A stretch of 64,000 bases of DNA from Desulfatiglandales bacterium (lineage in GTDB: Bacteria > Desulfobacterota > DSM-4660 > Desulfatiglandales > HGW-15). The stretch covers positions 4,064,001 through 4,128,000 of the forward strand of contig CAXXJJ010000004.1 of the NCBI GenBank assembly GCA_963667015.2, written 5' to 3'. This document shows positions 62,233-64,000 of this stretch, in pieces (position 1 is the stretch's first letter; every line of letters begins with the position of its first letter). A program made the translations under genes and the position numbers. The notes below the pieces were generated by a model. That model did no database searches and had not been told where the DNA came from. It saw nothing but the letters and a program-made list of their open reading frames with translations.

Positions 62233-63897
62233 CTATCTCCATTCATCTATTCTGACTGACGCACCGGGCCTGAAACCACCCATGCTGAAATAGTTATTGT
62301 TGGATGCCCCGGTAACTATAACCGTGAACTGGCCACCCGGAGGCTGAATATACATACCATCACTTTTTGCATTCCCCTGGGCCTCCTTGACCCATTCTGT
62401 AAATTTTTCAACAGTATCGTATCCGTCACGCTTTACAAAGTTGGCAATGGGCGGGCTCAGGACAGCGCAGGTCCCGAAAAGGGTACCGTCCTGGGTCTTA
62501 TAGATATCTTTTATAATCTGCGGGTAATTCATGTCATCGCCCCAGACATTTGCATACCAGTTCTTGGCAGAAAGGACACCCCAGCCCATAAACAGTGTAA
62601 TAACGTTCTCACCCTTCTTATAATTTTTGCCCATTCTTACCGAGAGCGGAGCCCAAGGAGATTTTTCTTCATTCTCGGCAATGATGATATTGAGCCCGTT
62701 CATTGGATTTCCTACAGTTCCCATGTAGGTATTTCCGACCTTGCCGCAGTTTCCTCCATTGATGGAGAGAAGCGTCCAGGCCCGTCCTATAACTGTATTG
62801 GCATGGGCATAGGGGCCCATTGCACCGTAATTGTAATTTAAGCCGATTTCGTCGCGGATAGGCCCGTTTATTACAGCCCCGGTAGCAAAGCTGTTATCTG
62901 AAACATCCATGGCCTCCGATCCTGTTGATCCTATTGCCAGTATTACAGGGAAATACTCCGGTTTGCATCCTGCCATAACGGCATTGATAGCTGCAGTTTT
63001 TACAGTGTAGGACCATGATTCAAATGTGGGCTTAAAGGGCGACATTTCTCCGAGTTTCTCGTCCGGATCATGACTGGTAGCCATCAGCATTTCTTCGACC
63101 TTTTCCTTTGTCGGAAGAATGATCGGCAGAAAATCCGTGTATCTCTCTTCCAGGAACATCTGCTGAAGTTCATCTTCTGTTCCGGTAAAAGTTTCAGGAC
63201 CCTTGCTGCGCACTACTTCCCCTGATCTTTTTTCTTCGGCGGTCAGAGGCCTGGTAAGTTTGTCCACTATTTCCTGAAGGACTGGTCCTCCTGTAAGGGG
63301 ATTGGTACCCAGAACAACATCCTTGCGAAGCTGCTGAGCTGTTTTTCCCCAGATCGGGCCAAGAATATATTGAATCCTGATCCCCGGCATTCCATTGGTA
63401 AGAGCAACATCTTTCAACTGATCTACAAAGCTTTCTACAACGAGTGGTACTGCAGGTTTTTTGAACTTCTCTTCAAATTTTATCGACAGCTTGGTGACCC
63501 CAGGCGCGCAGACGCTTCAATGCCCGAGGGCGATGATCATCGCATCAGCCTTTTCTTCCATTTCCTTCCACAGTGCGGGATCTTCGCTGCCCATTCCACC
63601 CGGTTTATCCTTATAAATGAATGTGGTTTCGGGGTATTTTTCCTTCATTAGTGCGGAGAGTTCTCCAAGCAGTATGCCGGATCCGGGATAGCCGTCATTA
63701 ACGATATAAATTGTTTTGCCCTTGATCGTATCCAGACGGGGCGCCATGGCTTTAAGTTTGATTGGCGGTGGTGTTCCCAGCGGATTGTAGACCGTCAGGA
63801 TGGGTTTTTTTGCATCTGCTGCAAGCGCATCCACAGCCAGTACGCTGGAGAACAAACCAATGCATATGGCTGCAATTAAAATCTTACCTAATTTCAT
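62233..63897 (-). CDS. Secreted UGSC-family-like selenoprotein (554 aa; Sec at TGA 63517-63519)
   Basis: The two tracked ORFs are in frame across one TGA, giving ALGH-U-SVC (UxxC); hairpin 11 nt downstream; signal peptide; TDFLPIILPT and NAVMAGCKPEYFPV domain. Confidence 0.82.
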
Positions 63898-64000
63898 GCC
63901 TGATACCTCCCAATAAAATGTTTATAAAAGTTCACTGACCGGGTGAGTGCCGCAGTATTTTCAGCATTATGTCAATGATTCATAGCTCAAATAATATTGC

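Noticed and set aside
1..64000. tRNA, rRNA, prophage or cas genes
   Set aside because: None recognised by eye; tRNAscan-SE and cmscan were not run.

Overview
A chromosomal window that looks like an anaerobic deltaproteobacterium (Desulfobacterota-like; inferred from gene content only). 1-44 kb is mostly ordinary genome: rlmE-yebC-ruvCAB, a glucosyl/mannosyl-glycerate compatible-solute cluster, nfeD-like/flotillin, efp-epmA, ABC transporters, two hybrid kinases, OmpA and a few gene remnants. 44.4-57.6 kb is an integron gene-cassette array with no intI beside it: an attI-like site and 12 cassettes, most delimited by complementary GTT-core/AAC-core pairs. Two kinds of mobile element sit at its attC sites. 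(i) Two apparently identical 1,956-bp group II introns with an AGC catalytic triad (not class C) are inserted in the sense orientation at GTTA^ of the R' core; their putative EBS1 (UAACGA) reads the attC core itself. (ii) A 2.3-kb tyrosine-recombinase plus IS91-type HUH transposase element sits as an inverted cassette in an R'' core; it carries its own attC-like hairpin and its recombinase needs a -1 frameshift. Other features missed by the ORF track: a secreted UxxC selenoprotein split at TGA, a probable ATT start codon on the gpgS-like gene, a 40-aa membrane peptide behind a sigma54-type motif, and an in-frame TGA in a nuclease-like cassette. All calls come from reading the sequence; no searches were run.
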